A stretch of DNA of 63,849 nucleotides, filler included, from Reclinomonas americana ATCC 50394 (GCA_048213135.1; 11 parts of 11 records of this genome joined end to end with filler, not necessarily neighbours in it); one strand, 5' to 3'; shown: positions 12,597-25,675, counted from the first letter of the whole stretch. Numbers and translations: made by a program. The notes: generated by a model not told the origin, from the letters alone.

Positions 12597-14486
12597 NNNN
12601 NNNNNNNNNNNNNNNNNNNNNNNNNNNNNNNNNNNNNNNNTTAATTAATTAANNNNNNNNNNNNNNNNNNNNNNNNNNNNNNNNNNNNNNNNNNNNCCCC
12701 TTCCCCCCTTCCCCCCTTCCCCCCTTCCCCTTTCCCCCCTTCCCCCTTCTCCTTCCCGCTCACCCTCCCTTTCCCTCTCAAAGGCCTTCTTCCCCACCCC
12801 CTCCGGCACCCTCATCCCGGCCTTCTTCGTCGAGTTCGACGCCACTACCACCACCACCGCCTCACCATCCGTCTTCCGCTTCGTCATCGCGAGTGATTCG
12901 TGGAACGTGCTCGAGTCGGCCAACCTCACCGCCAGTGAGACCTTCAACTACCGCGTGTGGGCGCGCACCGACGGCGACAAGCTGCCGGCCGACGGCCCCA
13001 CGGAGGACTGGACTCCGCACCCCACCGGCATGCCAGACGGACTGTTCCCGGCTTTCGTACCGCCGTCGCTGGTGTCAATGGACTCGTTCAACAAGTTTAA
13101 CGATCCGTGGCTGCCGTCGGGTGCCACTGAAACGCGCGGCAACAACGTTGATGCATACGCAGACCAGGCAGACCCTGACGGGTTCAGTCCCGGCGACCTG
13201 CGCGCTGCCGCTACTTCGCCAAACACCTTTGATTATGTCTACGACGTGACGCAAGATGCGCTGGCGTCGCAGACTCAGACCATGGCCGAGGTGACGCAGC
13301 TGTTTTACGTCACCAACTTCCTGCACAACTACTGGTACGACTCCGGGTTCGACGAGGCGGCCGGCAACGCGCAGGACGACAACTACGGTCGCGGTGGCGT
13401 GGGCAGTGACTCGATGAAGGCGGAGGCGCAGGACTTCGGCGGTTTGGACAACGCCAACATGTCGACTCCGTCTGACGGCATGCGCCCACGCATGCAAATG
13501 TACTCGTGGTCTGTCGGCAACTCTGGTCACGTGCAGGTGACGCCGCCGGGTGTGTCGTTCGTGACTGGCTCGGCAGAATTCGGTGCAATCAAGTTTTCGG
13601 TTCGTTGCAATTTCATGTCGTCCACACACTTGACTCCACTCACGCACACGCGCAGGTGTCAGCGCCGATTGTGGTGGTGACAGCCGACCCCTTGGCGTGC
13701 TCGCCCATTGTGGAGAATGTAACTGGAGCCATTGCACTAATCCGGCGAGGCGGGTGCTCGTTCCAGATCAAGGCTTTCCTCGCTCAGCTAGCGGGTGCCG
13801 TCGGCGTGCTGATCGTCAACACCACCGATGTCGCGAATATGTTGGGCGTGGACGAAACTTTTCCACCTGGATTGGTGACCATACCGACGGCTTCGATCGG
13901 CAAGGCCGACGGCGACGCACTGGTTGCCAACATCAACAGCAATGGAACAGTAACTGGAGAGTTGGTTTCACCGAAGCTGCACGCCGGATCGCTGGATACG
14001 ATCTGCATGCACGAGTGGGGCCACTACTTCCATCACCGCCTTGCGCAGTGCAGCAGCAGCCAGTGTGCCTCCATGTCGGAGGGCATCGGAGACTTTGTGT
14101 CGCTGCACCAGGTGGTGCGTGAGGGCGACAACCTGGACGGAACGTATGCCACCGCCATCTACGCCCTCAATGACGCGTACTTTGGCATCCGACGTCTCCC
14201 ATACTCGGTCGACAAGAGCAAGAACCCACTGACCTTCAAGTATATCTCCGACAACGTGCCGTTCCAGTTCACCCCGCCGGTGCCCATTGGCCCCTTTGCG
14301 AGCAACGGTGCATCGAATTCGGAGGTCCACAATGCGGGCGAGATCTGGGCAACTGCCATGTTTGAGGTGAGCTGGGAGGGACAAATTGCGCAGGGAGAAA
14401 TCATTCCTTTCCGCTCTCCCTCTCAATGCGCCTCATGCTTCTCGCATTCCTTCACTTCTATTCGCCCACTCTCTCTGTCTCTCTCG

Positions 14487-14520
<34 letters not shown>

Positions 14521-17500
14521 GTCTCTCTGTCTCTCTGCGTGTGAAGTCTGTCTGTCTCTTTCTCTCTCTCTCTCTCTCTCTGTCTCTCTGTCTCTCTGCG
14601 TGTGAAGTCTGTCTGTCTCTTTCTCTCTCTCTGTCTGTCTGTCTGTCGTCCGGTTTCCTCCCTCCCCTTCTCCATCTACTCACTTCTGCCCCTCTTCTCC
14701 TTCTGCAGGCCTACATTGGCCTGCACAAGAACGCCCACGGACGCACGTTTGCACAAGTCAAACGCGCCATGGCCGACTACGTGGTGGCCGGCCTGTTGAT
14801 CACACCAGCTGAGGCCACATTCACACAGCAGCGTGATGCACTTGTGGTGGCAGCCAGCGTTGTGAACTCGGCAGACGCAGCGACAATGGCCGCGGCATTT
14901 GCTGTGCGCGGACTTGGTTAGTGTTGCTTGTTCTTGTCTGCGAGTCTTGCGATGTGCATGTCTGATCGCTGTCCGCGCTCAGGTGTGTGCGCGGTCTCGC
15001 CGACGCAGTATGACAACTCTGATGTGATTGAGTCGTTTGACGATGATTGGTCCAAGTTCAGTATTGTGGTGGACCAAGCGAGCGTGGAAGAGGGTGCTGT
15101 GAATTGCAATCACGACGGCGTTGTGGTGCGTGCGTTCATTGTTGCATCCGACACCATGCGTTCTTCCCACCAACTCACTCTCTCTCGTATCTGTGCACAC
15201 ATGCTCGCAGCAAGCCGGTGAGGACGGTGTGGTGCGAGTGGTTGTTCACAATCCCCAATACTATACCGGGAGCAACACAATGACGGTGACGCTCGTTGCG
15301 AATCCCAGCACACCTGCCGATGTCAAGTTTGCCACACTGTCCAAGGTCGTCGCTGTGCCGTCTGCTGGACAGTCGATCACAGTCGAGTTCCCATTCCACC
15401 TGGCGTCAACGTCGCGCAATCCGATTGCACTGGAAGGCAACTTGTCGATCACCGGTGGCAAGGCATGCCGCGAGGTGGGTAGCTCGTTCGCCGATCTCAT
15501 CGGCGTGGAGTACGCGCCAGCGCAGTCGGCGACAGAGGATGTGAACTCGCCGTTCGCCAAGCAAGTGTGGACGGCGGGAGGCACCGCGTTGGCGTGGTCG
15601 TTCGTCGGGATTCAAACTGGTGACTCAGCATTCTACGGCCAAGACCTCGGTGTTATCAGCGACACTTGGTTGCAGTCGCCGGCTGTGACTGTGTCCAGTG
15701 ATCCGACAAAGCCTCTCGTAATCTCGTTTGACCACACGTACTCGTTTGAGTCCGACGCGTCTGCGGCATACGATGGCGGCGTGGTGGAGATTTCCAGCGA
15801 CGGTGGAGCGACGTGGAATGATGTCTCGCAATGGGCGTCGGTGAGTGCTTGACTGAAAGGAGACGAAGATGAGAGGAATGGGTCGGAGGAAGGAAGCGGA
15901 GTGTGTAGCAAGAGAGAGAGACACGTACATACGATCTAGCGAACCAACTGTTCTGCTTGCCAAATGGCACTCACTGTCTCTAATACTGCGCAGCCTTCGT
16001 ACACTGGTGTGATCTTCGTTGGAGCGGATAACCCGCTGTCGAACCGGCCGGCATACGGTCGCTCTATATTCCCCACTTTCAACCAGGAGACTCTTGACTT
16101 TGGGCAGGCTTTCGCAGGTGCAGGAGGGGGGCGTGCGCTGTGCAAGTGCTGTTCATCCGCTAAAATGTGCTTCCTGCGTCTCCTTCCGCACATTCAGGCA
16201 AGACGGTGGCAATCCGCTTCCGCATCGGGACTGACCAGGCGGGGTCAGATATTGGTTGGATCATCGACAACATTGCCTTCGCGGGGATCACCAATACTCC
16301 GTTCGGAGCACGCATTCAGCCAAAGTGCAGTGCCTGCTCGTGCCTGCATGGCACGTGCCAGGCCGACAACACATGCAAGTGCAACTCGGCGCACTGGACC
16401 GGTGTGGATTGCGGATCGTGCGCCGGTCACTGGACCGGTCCCACGTGCAGCGTGTGCTCGGGATGCAAGAACACGGAGACGTGCCGCGACGCAGATGGAG
16501 CGTGTGTCAATCCGACGAGTTGCGCAAGGGAAGGGGTCACCGAGGGTGGTGAAGGGTGGATGATTGTGACTGACTCTGCGTGCAGATGGGTTCTGTGAGA
16601 CGGACATGCACTGCAACTGGAATCACCTGAGCATCAATGGTGAGAGGAGGGACAGGAGTGGGGAAAAACGAAGAGAGAAAAAGAGGTGCAACCCTGAGAG
16701 TGAGGAGTGTCGAAGAATGAGGCAACGAGAAAAGACTGTCGGAGGTGCGAATGAGGTTTTGGGGGTGACAGAAAGCGATGAGAGAGAGAGAGAAGGATTT
16801 GTGATATGTGCGTGAAAAAGCTTGATAGATCAAGTGCATGAGGAGACTGCGAAGACAGGGAACAGAGCCTGGAGGTGCCATGATGAGCGGTGAAAAGGGA
16901 TGAAGTAGTCTGATGAATCAAGCATGATGGGTGACTGTGGAGAATCGGAACAGGACATGGGATCGTCGAAGACTGTCGTGAGAGAGAGAGAGGGAGATGA
17001 GATGAAGCAGTCTGATGCATCAAGCAAGGCAGGCGATTGTGGAGAGAGAACTGGAAATGGGATTGTAGAAGACTGTCTGCATGTACACACAGAGAGAGAG
17101 AGAGAGAGTTAAGACGAGTGACAACGGATGCCGGAGGAAAAGGATGAGACGAAGTTGTCGGATGTGATCGCAGTAAACTAGACAAGAAGGTGCGAGAGAA
17201 ATGGACAGTGAGAGAGTGATGGAGGAGTATGGTGGGGTGCAATGTGTGTGGCCTGGTGAAATCTGAGAGTGAAAGAGGCTGTTTCTCACGGTGTCTGTGA
17301 CATTTCTCTGCGCGCAGGCAACACTCAACCAGTGACCATTGGCAACAAGTCGAGCCTCAGCGGATACTGCGTGCTGACGAGTGGCCAGTCGTCTGGCAAG
17401 TGTGTGTGCTTGTCTGGCATTGGTGGCAAGAACTGCCAGGTGCGTGAAGAGAGAAAAGGGGTGGTGGCGACAGCAACGAACTGCGTCGTGCGTTTTGATC

Positions 17501-18771
17501 CTTGCCTTTCGTTCTGTGTGTGGATATTTGTCATCTCTGAACGTGAGGGAGTGGCAAAGCGTGTTTGAGAGTGGGCGTGTTGCGCAGTGTTTCTCTCTCA
17601 CTGTTCTTGGTGGGAGCGTCTTTCACTGGCTTTTTGCTCTCCACTCTTGATCGCCTCCGCGATTGTCTTGTTGTTGTCGCCACACCCATTGCCTTCCCCC
17701 AACAAACAGTGCCGCCCCGTGGAGGACTGCTCCGGTCACGGCTCGTGCTTCCTGGACGACGGATCGTGCTCGTGCTACGTGCCGTTCGCCGGCTCGACCT
17801 GTGCGCAGTGTGACGCTCAGCACTTTGGCGCCAACTGCAACCTGACATGCACGTCGTGTTTGGCGGCTGGAACGGCCAGTTGTGCGAGTGCCAGCGGCTG
17901 CGGTGAGTGTGCGCGTTGGAGAGGGTGGGATGCAGAAGGCTTATGAGTGACTCTTGGTTTTTCGCAGTGTGCAAGGCCGGTTTCACTGGAGCTCTGTGTG
18001 ACAGCTGTGCGCCTGATCGCTGGTTTGTGAGAGAGAGAGAGAGAGCGAGAGAGAGAAAGAATGTGTGCGTATGTGCTGTGCTGTGCTGTGCTGTGCTGTG
18101 CTGTGCTGTGCTGTGCTCTGCCGTGCCGTGCCGTGCCGTGCTTTGCCGTGCTGTTCTTTGCTGTGCTGTGCTGTGCTTTGCCGTGCTGTTCTTTGCTGTG
18201 CTGTGCTGTGCTTTGCCGTGCCGTGCCGTGCCGTGCTGTTCTTTGCTGTGCGGTGTCCGTTTCTCACCATCATCTATGTACGGTGCAGGGGCTCGGACTG
18301 CAGCAAGAGCTGCTCGACTTGCAACGCCGCCGGCACGCAATCGTGCTCCACGGGCCGCACTGGCACCGGCTGTGTGTGCAAGAGCGGGTTCAGTGGACCG
18401 ACATGCGCGGTCGTGGCGCCTCCGCCAGTGTGCACCAGCGACTCGCAGTGCATGGGGTACGGTGTGGGTCATGCTGACAATGGTGGCCTGTTTGTCGGCG
18501 GGCGATGCACGAACAAGTTGCGTGAGCAGCGTGGCGAAGAAGCCGCTTCACTTGATGCTGACACGACCGTGTGTGTGAATGCAGTGCGTGTTCTTGCACC
18601 TATCCGTATGCGCCGTATGCCAGCACCGGTGCTATCGGAACGCACTGCCAGTGCCGCATCGAGGGCCCGTGCCAGTTGCTGAACAAGGGCGCGACCCCGT
18701 ACCAGGCGTTCAACTGGAGCAACGGACAGCGGCTCGGCTGTGTTGCGGGCACAGATGCCAAGTGCGCTTGA
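10960..18771 (+). CDS. Secreted M36 (fungalysin-family) zinc metallopeptidase with PA insert, C-terminal beta-sandwich and EGF/laminin-like Cys-rich tail (multi-exon)
   Basis: Signal peptide MHFATIVALLLAVGALTVPAASA and an FTP-like propeptide (RQSVHGVEV). Core motifs TRGNNVDAY, QLFYVTNFLHNYWYDSGFDEAAGNAQ and NANMSTPSDGMRPRMQMY. PA domain IALIRRGGCSF. HEWGH at 14010-14024, then SEG and EVHNAGEIWA. YDGGVVEISSDGG...DNI module followed by EGF repeats. Confidence 0.9.
18074..18250. repeat. Intronic pentamer satellite (CTGTG/CCGTG)n
   Basis: Visible directly inside an M36 intron, with a duplicated higher-order block. Confidence 0.9.
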
Positions 18772-19218
18772 CGAGGCTGTCATGTGCAATCTAGGGTTCT
18801 CCAATGCCCTCCTCATGACTCACTGGTTTGCCTCGTTTTCTTATTATTGAGTATCAACGCAGCTTTCTTTCATTCCTCTTCCTTGGTGTTGTAGTGCTGG
18901 GTGCGCGCCGGCACTGTTTTCTTTTGCCTTTCGATTCTTTTTCCACCTGTCGATGATTGATGTTGTCGCCAGTGTAACGAGAGACTTGCTGCTGCGTTGG
19001 GGCGGATTCAAAATGTTTGTTGTCGTCCGATCAGCGGCTGTCACGATACTGCTGTGCATGAATGCAGATCGAGAATTGCCAAGTAACCGCATGACGGTTT
19101 CACAACAACAACTACAACNNNNNNNNNNNNNNNNNNNNNNNNNNNNNNNNNNNNNNNNNNNNTTAATTAATTAANNNNNNNNNNNNNNNNNNNNNNNNNN
19201 NNNNNNNNNNNNNNNNNN

Positions 19219-19262
<44 letters not shown>

Positions 19263-19610
19263 CACAGCCAGTGTGCGCGGCCCCGAGCCTCCCGCCTTCC
19301 ACAGCTGCTCATTGATCCACGCCTGTGAGACGGCATCGTGACCGGCGTGCGGCCGCTGCTCGCGTGCCTTGCGCGGCATGCGCAGGATGCAGCGTTGGTG
19401 GACGACCTCGAATACCCAGTTGTCGACGCCCTGCAAAAAACGATGAAGAGAGTGTGCATGAAGAGCGCAGAGGTACACGCAGTAGCGATCAACAGAGTGA
19501 TCAACGAGAAAAGCAGCTTCGTTACCTATGATCAGTCAAGCCTCAAAGAGTGCACAGTGCTCTAAGACAAAGCGACAGGAGAGCCCCTGTGCATGCACAA
19601 CTCGGTATTC

Positions 19611-19660
<50 letters not shown>

Positions 19661-19934
19661 TACTCACTCACTCGCTTCTCTCTCTCTCTCTGCCATCCCG
19701 CGCACTCACCATACACCTCCCCCTCCTGCTCATCAAAGAACCCCTCGACCGCCAGCTCCTCCAACGCCTCCTCCACCTCCTCCGACAACTGCTGCCACGA
19801 AACGCAAGTAAGGCACACGCTGCGCTGTCAGCAAGCGAACACCGACGCACCTCCTTGGTCGCCGCCACCGCAAGCACGCCGCACGCAAGGAGGAGAGCAA
19901 GAGTGAAGCACAAAAAACGCGATCTCGCTGTCAT
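19263..19934 (-). CDS. Partial gene: hydrophobic N-terminus plus possible APH/choline-kinase-like N-lobe
   Basis: Exons MTARSRFLCFTLALLLACGVLAVAATKE|gtgcgt, an acidic exon, and ttttttgcag|GVDNWVFEVVHQRCILRMPR...INEQLWKAGGSGPRTL, which resembles G-x-D-N-x-V-F...LR-x-PR. One junction is unresolved and the gene runs into a gap. Confidence 0.4.
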
Positions 19935-20355
19935 TCACAAACGATTATGATATCCGACTTGCTCGCAGCGCATCGGAAATGTCCTCACCCGGCAGCAGAG
20001 CAGCCCTTAAGACCAGTTGAAGCTGTTCATGCACTTGTGTGCAGCACGCAACAGAGTGCGAGGCAGAAAGCGTGCAAGTTGCGATCGTGCACAGCAACCA
20101 CAGCTGCGCACTCGCTCTGCGCGCGCGGTTTTCCGACATTAAAGATCATCATCCGTTTACAAACGACTGCGGATAGACGTCTGCGCATACGTGGGGGGGA
20201 GTGGCTTTCTTCAACACAAACACGCATGTCCGTGTGCTTCGCTGTGCAATATCATCACCATGTGTTCTCATGTGGCTGCCAATGCTTGCTCGCGAGTGGA
20301 TATCTGCGATATCTGGGACAAACGCAAACAGAGAGTAAAAGTGTGAGCGTGCACC

Positions 20356-22835
20356 ATGTCGCCCTCACGTTCATTGCTTGTTGTGTTGTTGGTGACGGCC
20401 GTTGTGGTGGCGCTGTCCGCGGTGAGTCTCTCGCACACAGAGAGAGAAGAGAACGTGTGAGAAAGTGTGTGCCAACAATTCTTATCACTCTTTCGTCTCT
20501 CAGTTGCCACACTCTCTCGTACTGCTTTCTTGCTCACACACAAGAGTCTTCCCTTGTCAAGTCAGTCTTTGTGTGTTCATTCTTCTTCACCGTCTCTCAC
20601 TCTCTCTCTCTCTTTTCGTTGTCTCTTCCTCTCTTACACATCTCTTCCCTTCTCACACCCTTGTTTCCACGTTGCCTTTCTGCTGGTCGTCTCTCTCTCT
20701 CTCCCTCTATCTGTTATATTCTCGAGGTTGCTCCCTCTTTCCTCTTTCTGCTCTCACGCATTGCGTCTCCCTCCCTCTCCCTCTCCCTCTCCCTCTCCCT
20801 CTCCCTCTCCCTCTCCCTCTACCTCTCCTTCTCCTTCTCCTTCTCCTTCTCCTCTCCTTCTCCTCTCTTCTCCTCTCCTCTCCTTCCCTCTCCTCCCCTC
20901 TCCTCCCCTCTCCTCCCCTCTCCTCTCCTCCTCCTCCCCTCCCCCTCCCCCTCCNNNNNNNNNNNNNNNNNNNNNNNNNNNNNNNNNNNNNNNNNNNNTT
21001 AATTAATTAANNNNNNNNNNNNNNNNNNNNNNNNNNNNNNNNNNNNNNNNNNNNCCCCTCCCCCTCCCCCCTCACCCCCTCACCCCCTCACCCTCTCACC
21101 CCTCCCCCCCTCACCCTCTCACCCCCTCACCCCACCCCATTACCAGCTCCACTCCCACGCCTACGAAGCCGCCGAGCATCACTGGCTCGGCAGCTCGTGC
21201 ACCTTGAAGCTGCCCAATGCAGACGGCACGGAACGCTCCGTCGGCTGCGGCACCGAGAACCTCCAGATCCACAGCGAGTCACTGACCTTCGCCTACATTT
21301 CGGCCATGGCCGCCGACTTTTACGGCAACCCGTCGCAGCCGATTTCGGATGCCTAGTTTCGTTCACGCATTCGATATCACCCTCTTGTTGTGCCATGACT
21401 CTCCTCTTGTATCTGCTTTGTGGACGGCCGTCTCTAACTGTGCCGTGACTCTCCTTCCACCCTCTTCGTGCTGTACCTTGACTCTCCTTAGTGCTTCGCC
21501 GTTGATCTCCTCTCCTCTTGGTCTGCTGTGCCACCTTTTGCTTCTCACACGCTTTTCATCCTCTCTCTCTCTCCTCCACTTTTCCTGTTTCTCCCCCTTC
21601 CCTTCCTCCTCCTCACCCTTTTGCTTTCTCCCCAGCTCCACCGTCGAGCGACGGACCCGTTTCCTGCAGCACTTTGCGACCCTGCTGACCGGCTCCGACC
21701 TTGCCGCCGTCAAAGCCGCCATCAAGAGAGAAATCGACACCGTCGGCGGCCCTGGCGGCTCCGCCTCGGCCACCTACAAGCGTGAGGGCGAAAACTTCAA
21801 CATTCTCTTCAACAAGGCCACCGGCGGCTCCGGTGACTCGGTGGCCAGTCTGGCCATCTCCTCCAGCCAAGGCCGCTTCATGAAGCTGGCCGAGCGCAAC
21901 TGGGACCACTTTGGCAATCGCGCCGAATTGTGCTACATTGCCGGACACTCGCTGGCCGTGGAGAAGGCCATTGAGGCCAAGCAGGAGACGGATGCCACCG
22001 CCAAGGAGCGCAAATTGCGCATGGCGTACGCGCTCGACGCCTACGCTTGCCATTATCTGCAGGATCTCTTTGCGGCCGGTCACTTGCGCACGCCGCGTCG
22101 CGAGCTCTACGACGAGGCCATTGTGTCGACCAAGATCGGCAGCTTGTGCGCTCGCTACATGCACAACGAGGACAACAAGTCCGGCCTGTTGATCAAGAAC
22201 AGGAGCGGCAAGCAGTACACCACCTACGGCGACACACGCCTCTTCGACTCGGTCTGCAACAAGGCCCGCGGTGAGATTGTCAAGGCGATTGCGCGCTCAG
22301 TGGACGAGGTGTGGACGGCGTTCCGCACCGGCTCGCCCACCATTGGCGCGCCGTCGGCTCTGCGACTGCTGCCCGACCGTGCCGACTTGCTGCGGAGTGC
22401 CGACGATCCCAGCACGCCCAACATTAGTCCGCTCTTCCGCAAGAGCGACGGCAAGATCCTGCGCCGTAACGATATTTCCAATCTGTACGACCGCAACTGG
22501 ACGCGTGTTTACACGCTCTCCTCCACCGTTGCCTCGTACGAGATCTCGCCGCCACAGCTGCCGGTGCTCTTCATGTCGCCGTCGGAGCGCGAGTTGATTT
22601 CGCTGGAGTTTGACATGGCACTCGAGGAACAGATGCGGTCGGCCATGGAGAGCGGTGAGCCTACTTTCTCTCTTTCTGGCAGTGTTTGTTTGTTGCTCGT
22701 GTTTGTTTCTTACACCCGCTGTGATGGCGCACAGATGCGGACTTCGAGGACCTGCTGGCGCAGTTTGACAACGAGGAGGGACTCGAGGACAAGCTCGACG
22801 ATGAGGACGAGGAGGTGGAGGAGGACGATGAGTAA
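20356..22835 (+). CDS. Secreted zinc-metallophospholipase C, Legionella PlcA/PlcB and Pseudomonas fluorescens PC-PLC family, copy 1 (4 exons)
   Basis: Signal peptide exon 20356-20421. Motifs YEAAEH, AMAADFYG..PISD, LAERNWDHFG, DAYACHYLQDLFAAGHLRTPRR, MHNEDNKSGL and YGD. Acidic tail. Confidence 0.85.
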
Positions 22836-22965
22836 GGGGAATGAAGATATGAGGAGTATTGTTGCGCGTGCGTGTCATGACTGGCCATGGATTCCAGCAC
22901 AATGTGTGTGTTCGAAGCGCGAGCTGGGCGGATATCATGCTCATTCGTCCTTCGTTGTTTCACCC

Positions 22966-24539
22966 ATGAGCACACACAACAGACGGTCTAGCATTCCTCC
23001 GTGGAGTGTCCTCCTTGCCGCCATCTTCCTTGCGGTGATGGTGCGGTGCTGGAGAACACACACACACACACACACACGCACTTGTCCGCTGTGCTTTTTC
23101 GCTGACTGGCGTGCGTGCACACAGGTCACTCACGCGGAGGCCTACGAGGCTGCAGAGCATTTCTACCTCGGCAACTCATGCACACTGCGTCTGCCGACCG
23201 AGGAGGGCTGGTTCCGCGATGTGAAAAGCTCCGAAACCAATCTGCGCATTCATCAGGAGGAGGTCACGTTTGGACACATCACCGCGCTTGCCGGCGACTT
23301 TTACGGGGTGCCGGCAAAACCCATCTCCGACGCCATGTTGCGTGCAAGACACTTGTGACATGTGTGCAACACTCACCTCTCTCACTCTCTTTCTCTCTCG
23401 CAGAGACGATGCTGAACGTTCCCAGCGCTTCCTCGCCGCCTTCGACACCCTCAAGTCCGACGTCAAGCTCGCCTCCGTCATCAAGGCCATCAAGCAGGAG
23501 ATCGATCTCATCATGCAACGCGACGCAGGCACCAAGGCCTCGCTGGTGTACAGGGGAGTGGGCGAACGATTCAACATTTTGTACAACCGCAAGACCGGCG
23601 GCTCCGGCAAGACGACCGCCAGCCTGGTGACGGGCGCGACACAGGGGCGTTTCATGAAGCTGGCGAAGCGCAACTGGGACCATTTCGGCGATCGAGCCGA
23701 GACTGTGTACAAGACCGGGCACCATGAGGCCATCCGCATCGCCATCGAGGCTGCGGAGGAGAAGTCGTTTGAGGAGAAGACGAAGAAGTTGCTGTTGGCG
23801 TACGCGATGGACGCCTACGCCAACCACTTTCTGACCGACCTCTTTGCGGCCGGTCACTTGCGCGTGCCGCGACGCGAGCTGAGCGATCTGGCCAACATCA
23901 AAGGTCTGGGCGACCTGTGTGCGCGCTTCATGCACAACGAGGACAACTTCAACGGCCTCAAAATCAAGACCCACGCCAGTCGCCGCTTCACCGTGTACGG
24001 TGACACGCGCCTCTTTGATCCGGAGAGCGACGGCGTTCGACCGTACATCGAAAAGGCAGTGCAGACGTCGGTGGACGAGGTGTACGAGGCCTTTTCCACT
24101 CGCAAACAGCCGCGCGGTGACTTCAAGGCGCTGCGTCAGCTGCCGAACCGCCAGTACCTCATTGCCACGGCCGACACGGACGTTGAGAACATCAGCCCCC
24201 TCTTTCGATATCGCGACGGCATTATGAGCCGCCGCGTGAAGACGTCGGACCTGCACGATTACCACTGGACCACGGGCTTCACGTACGCAGCATTGGTAGT
24301 GGAATACGAGGCATCACCGCCACCGGTGCCTACCGCCGTGCTCAGCGAGCTTGACGACGACGAGGAGGCGGAGAGTGCAGAGCAGGATGTGGCCGCCGAA
24401 GAGATGCTGGACTTGGCGCTCGAGCAAGGTGAGCACACACACACACGCGAGCGCTGCATCAGTGCAATGCATAGAGGTTGTCTCATACTGTGTGGCGGGC
24501 ATAGATTTCGCGCTGGAGGTGGACGACGACGAAGAGTGA
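22966..24539 (+). CDS. Secreted zinc-metallophospholipase C, same family, copy 2 (4 exons)
   Basis: Motifs YEAAEH, ALAGDFYG..PISD, LAKRNWDHFG, DAYANHFLTDLFAAGHLRVPRR, MHNEDNFNGL and YGD. Its three introns lie at positions equivalent to copy 1. Confidence 0.85.
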
Positions 24540-24744
24540 GTGCAAGACGTCGCAAGTGAAACATTGGCCAGTTTTTCGTCCTCATCCAAATCGTCCCGCG
24601 CGCGCTTTTCGTTTCGTTTCAACGCTCACAGTCGCCACTCGCCACAGTTCGTTCAAGCAGCAAAAGTGTGGCGCGTTGTGCGTGCGTGCACAGTCGCCTT
24701 GGATTGAGAAAACGAGCGAAATAGATAGATAAGGAGAGAGTGTA

Positions 24745-25531
24745 ATGGAGGATCCGTTGCGACGGGTGGATCGCGATGACGACAACGCGCCTGCTGCTGT
24801 CAATGATCCAATGATCGACAATGGAGATGGTCGTGCGAATCAAGCACAGATGGCGGCCGATGACGAAGCACCAGTGTGTCGCTTTTGTCGAGGACCAGAT
24901 GAGGAGGTGCGGGAGTGTGCACACAGAGAGAGACAGAGAGAGAAAGAGAGACATACACACCGACGCACAGAGAGAAGAGCAATGGGAGAGGAGTTTTGAC
25001 TTGCGCGTGTGATTCTTTTCGCGTCTCGGTTGTCTTGGCGGGAGACAAAAGTATCGCTTTGCCGCGTGCCTCTCTGCTGCTGCTGCATGTGTGCGTGTGC
25101 GAGTGTGCGAGTGTCCACAACAAACGAGAATGTCGAGCATTGTGTGTCGACCACACGTGGCGCGCGCTGACGTGTTTTTTGTTTTGGGCAGGGTTGGTCT
25201 CTGTTGCATCCGTGCAAGTGCACTGGCACCATTCAGTGGATCCACGAGCAGTGTCTGCGCGAGGTGTGGAGGCCAGTGTCGAGCCTATTTCCCCCCCACT
25301 GTGGTAGTCTCACGCAGCAGTGTTGTAGTGGCTGGATATGACCAAGAAGCGCAAGTGCGAGCTGTGCGATCACGAGTACACTATTGTGCCTGTGTATGCC
25401 GACGGGGCGCCAGAGCAGCTGTCGTACTGGCAGCTGGCCTACGGCTGTCTCAGTCTGGTGGCGTGCTGGTTTGCCGTTTTCGTGCGGCATTTGTTGACTG
25501 CCACTCGTATTGTGATGGTGAGGGGAGAGAT

Positions 25532-25571
<40 letters not shown>

Positions 25572-25629
25572 AAGAGGGAAAGAAGTAGAGACTGGCAGAC
25601 AGACAGGCAGATAGGCAGACAGAGGGAGA

Positions 25630-25675
<46 letters not shown>

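Noticed and set aside
19338..19565. Plus-strand ORF ending in CaaX-like CTVL
   Set aside because: It is antisense to a better-supported minus-strand exon and intron (ttttttgcag acceptor), so it is probably a shadow ORF.
21354..21356. In-frame TAG (also 33948-33950) suggesting stop-codon reassignment
   Set aside because: Both are split by a donor (TA|gt). The PLC paralogue has an intron at the same site, and genes end in normal TAA/TAG/TGA.
21349..23358. 669-aa ORF appearing to fuse the two PLCs
   Set aside because: It reads through introns and the spacer by chance. Copy 1 has its own spliced stop (22835) and copy 2 its own signal peptide (22966).
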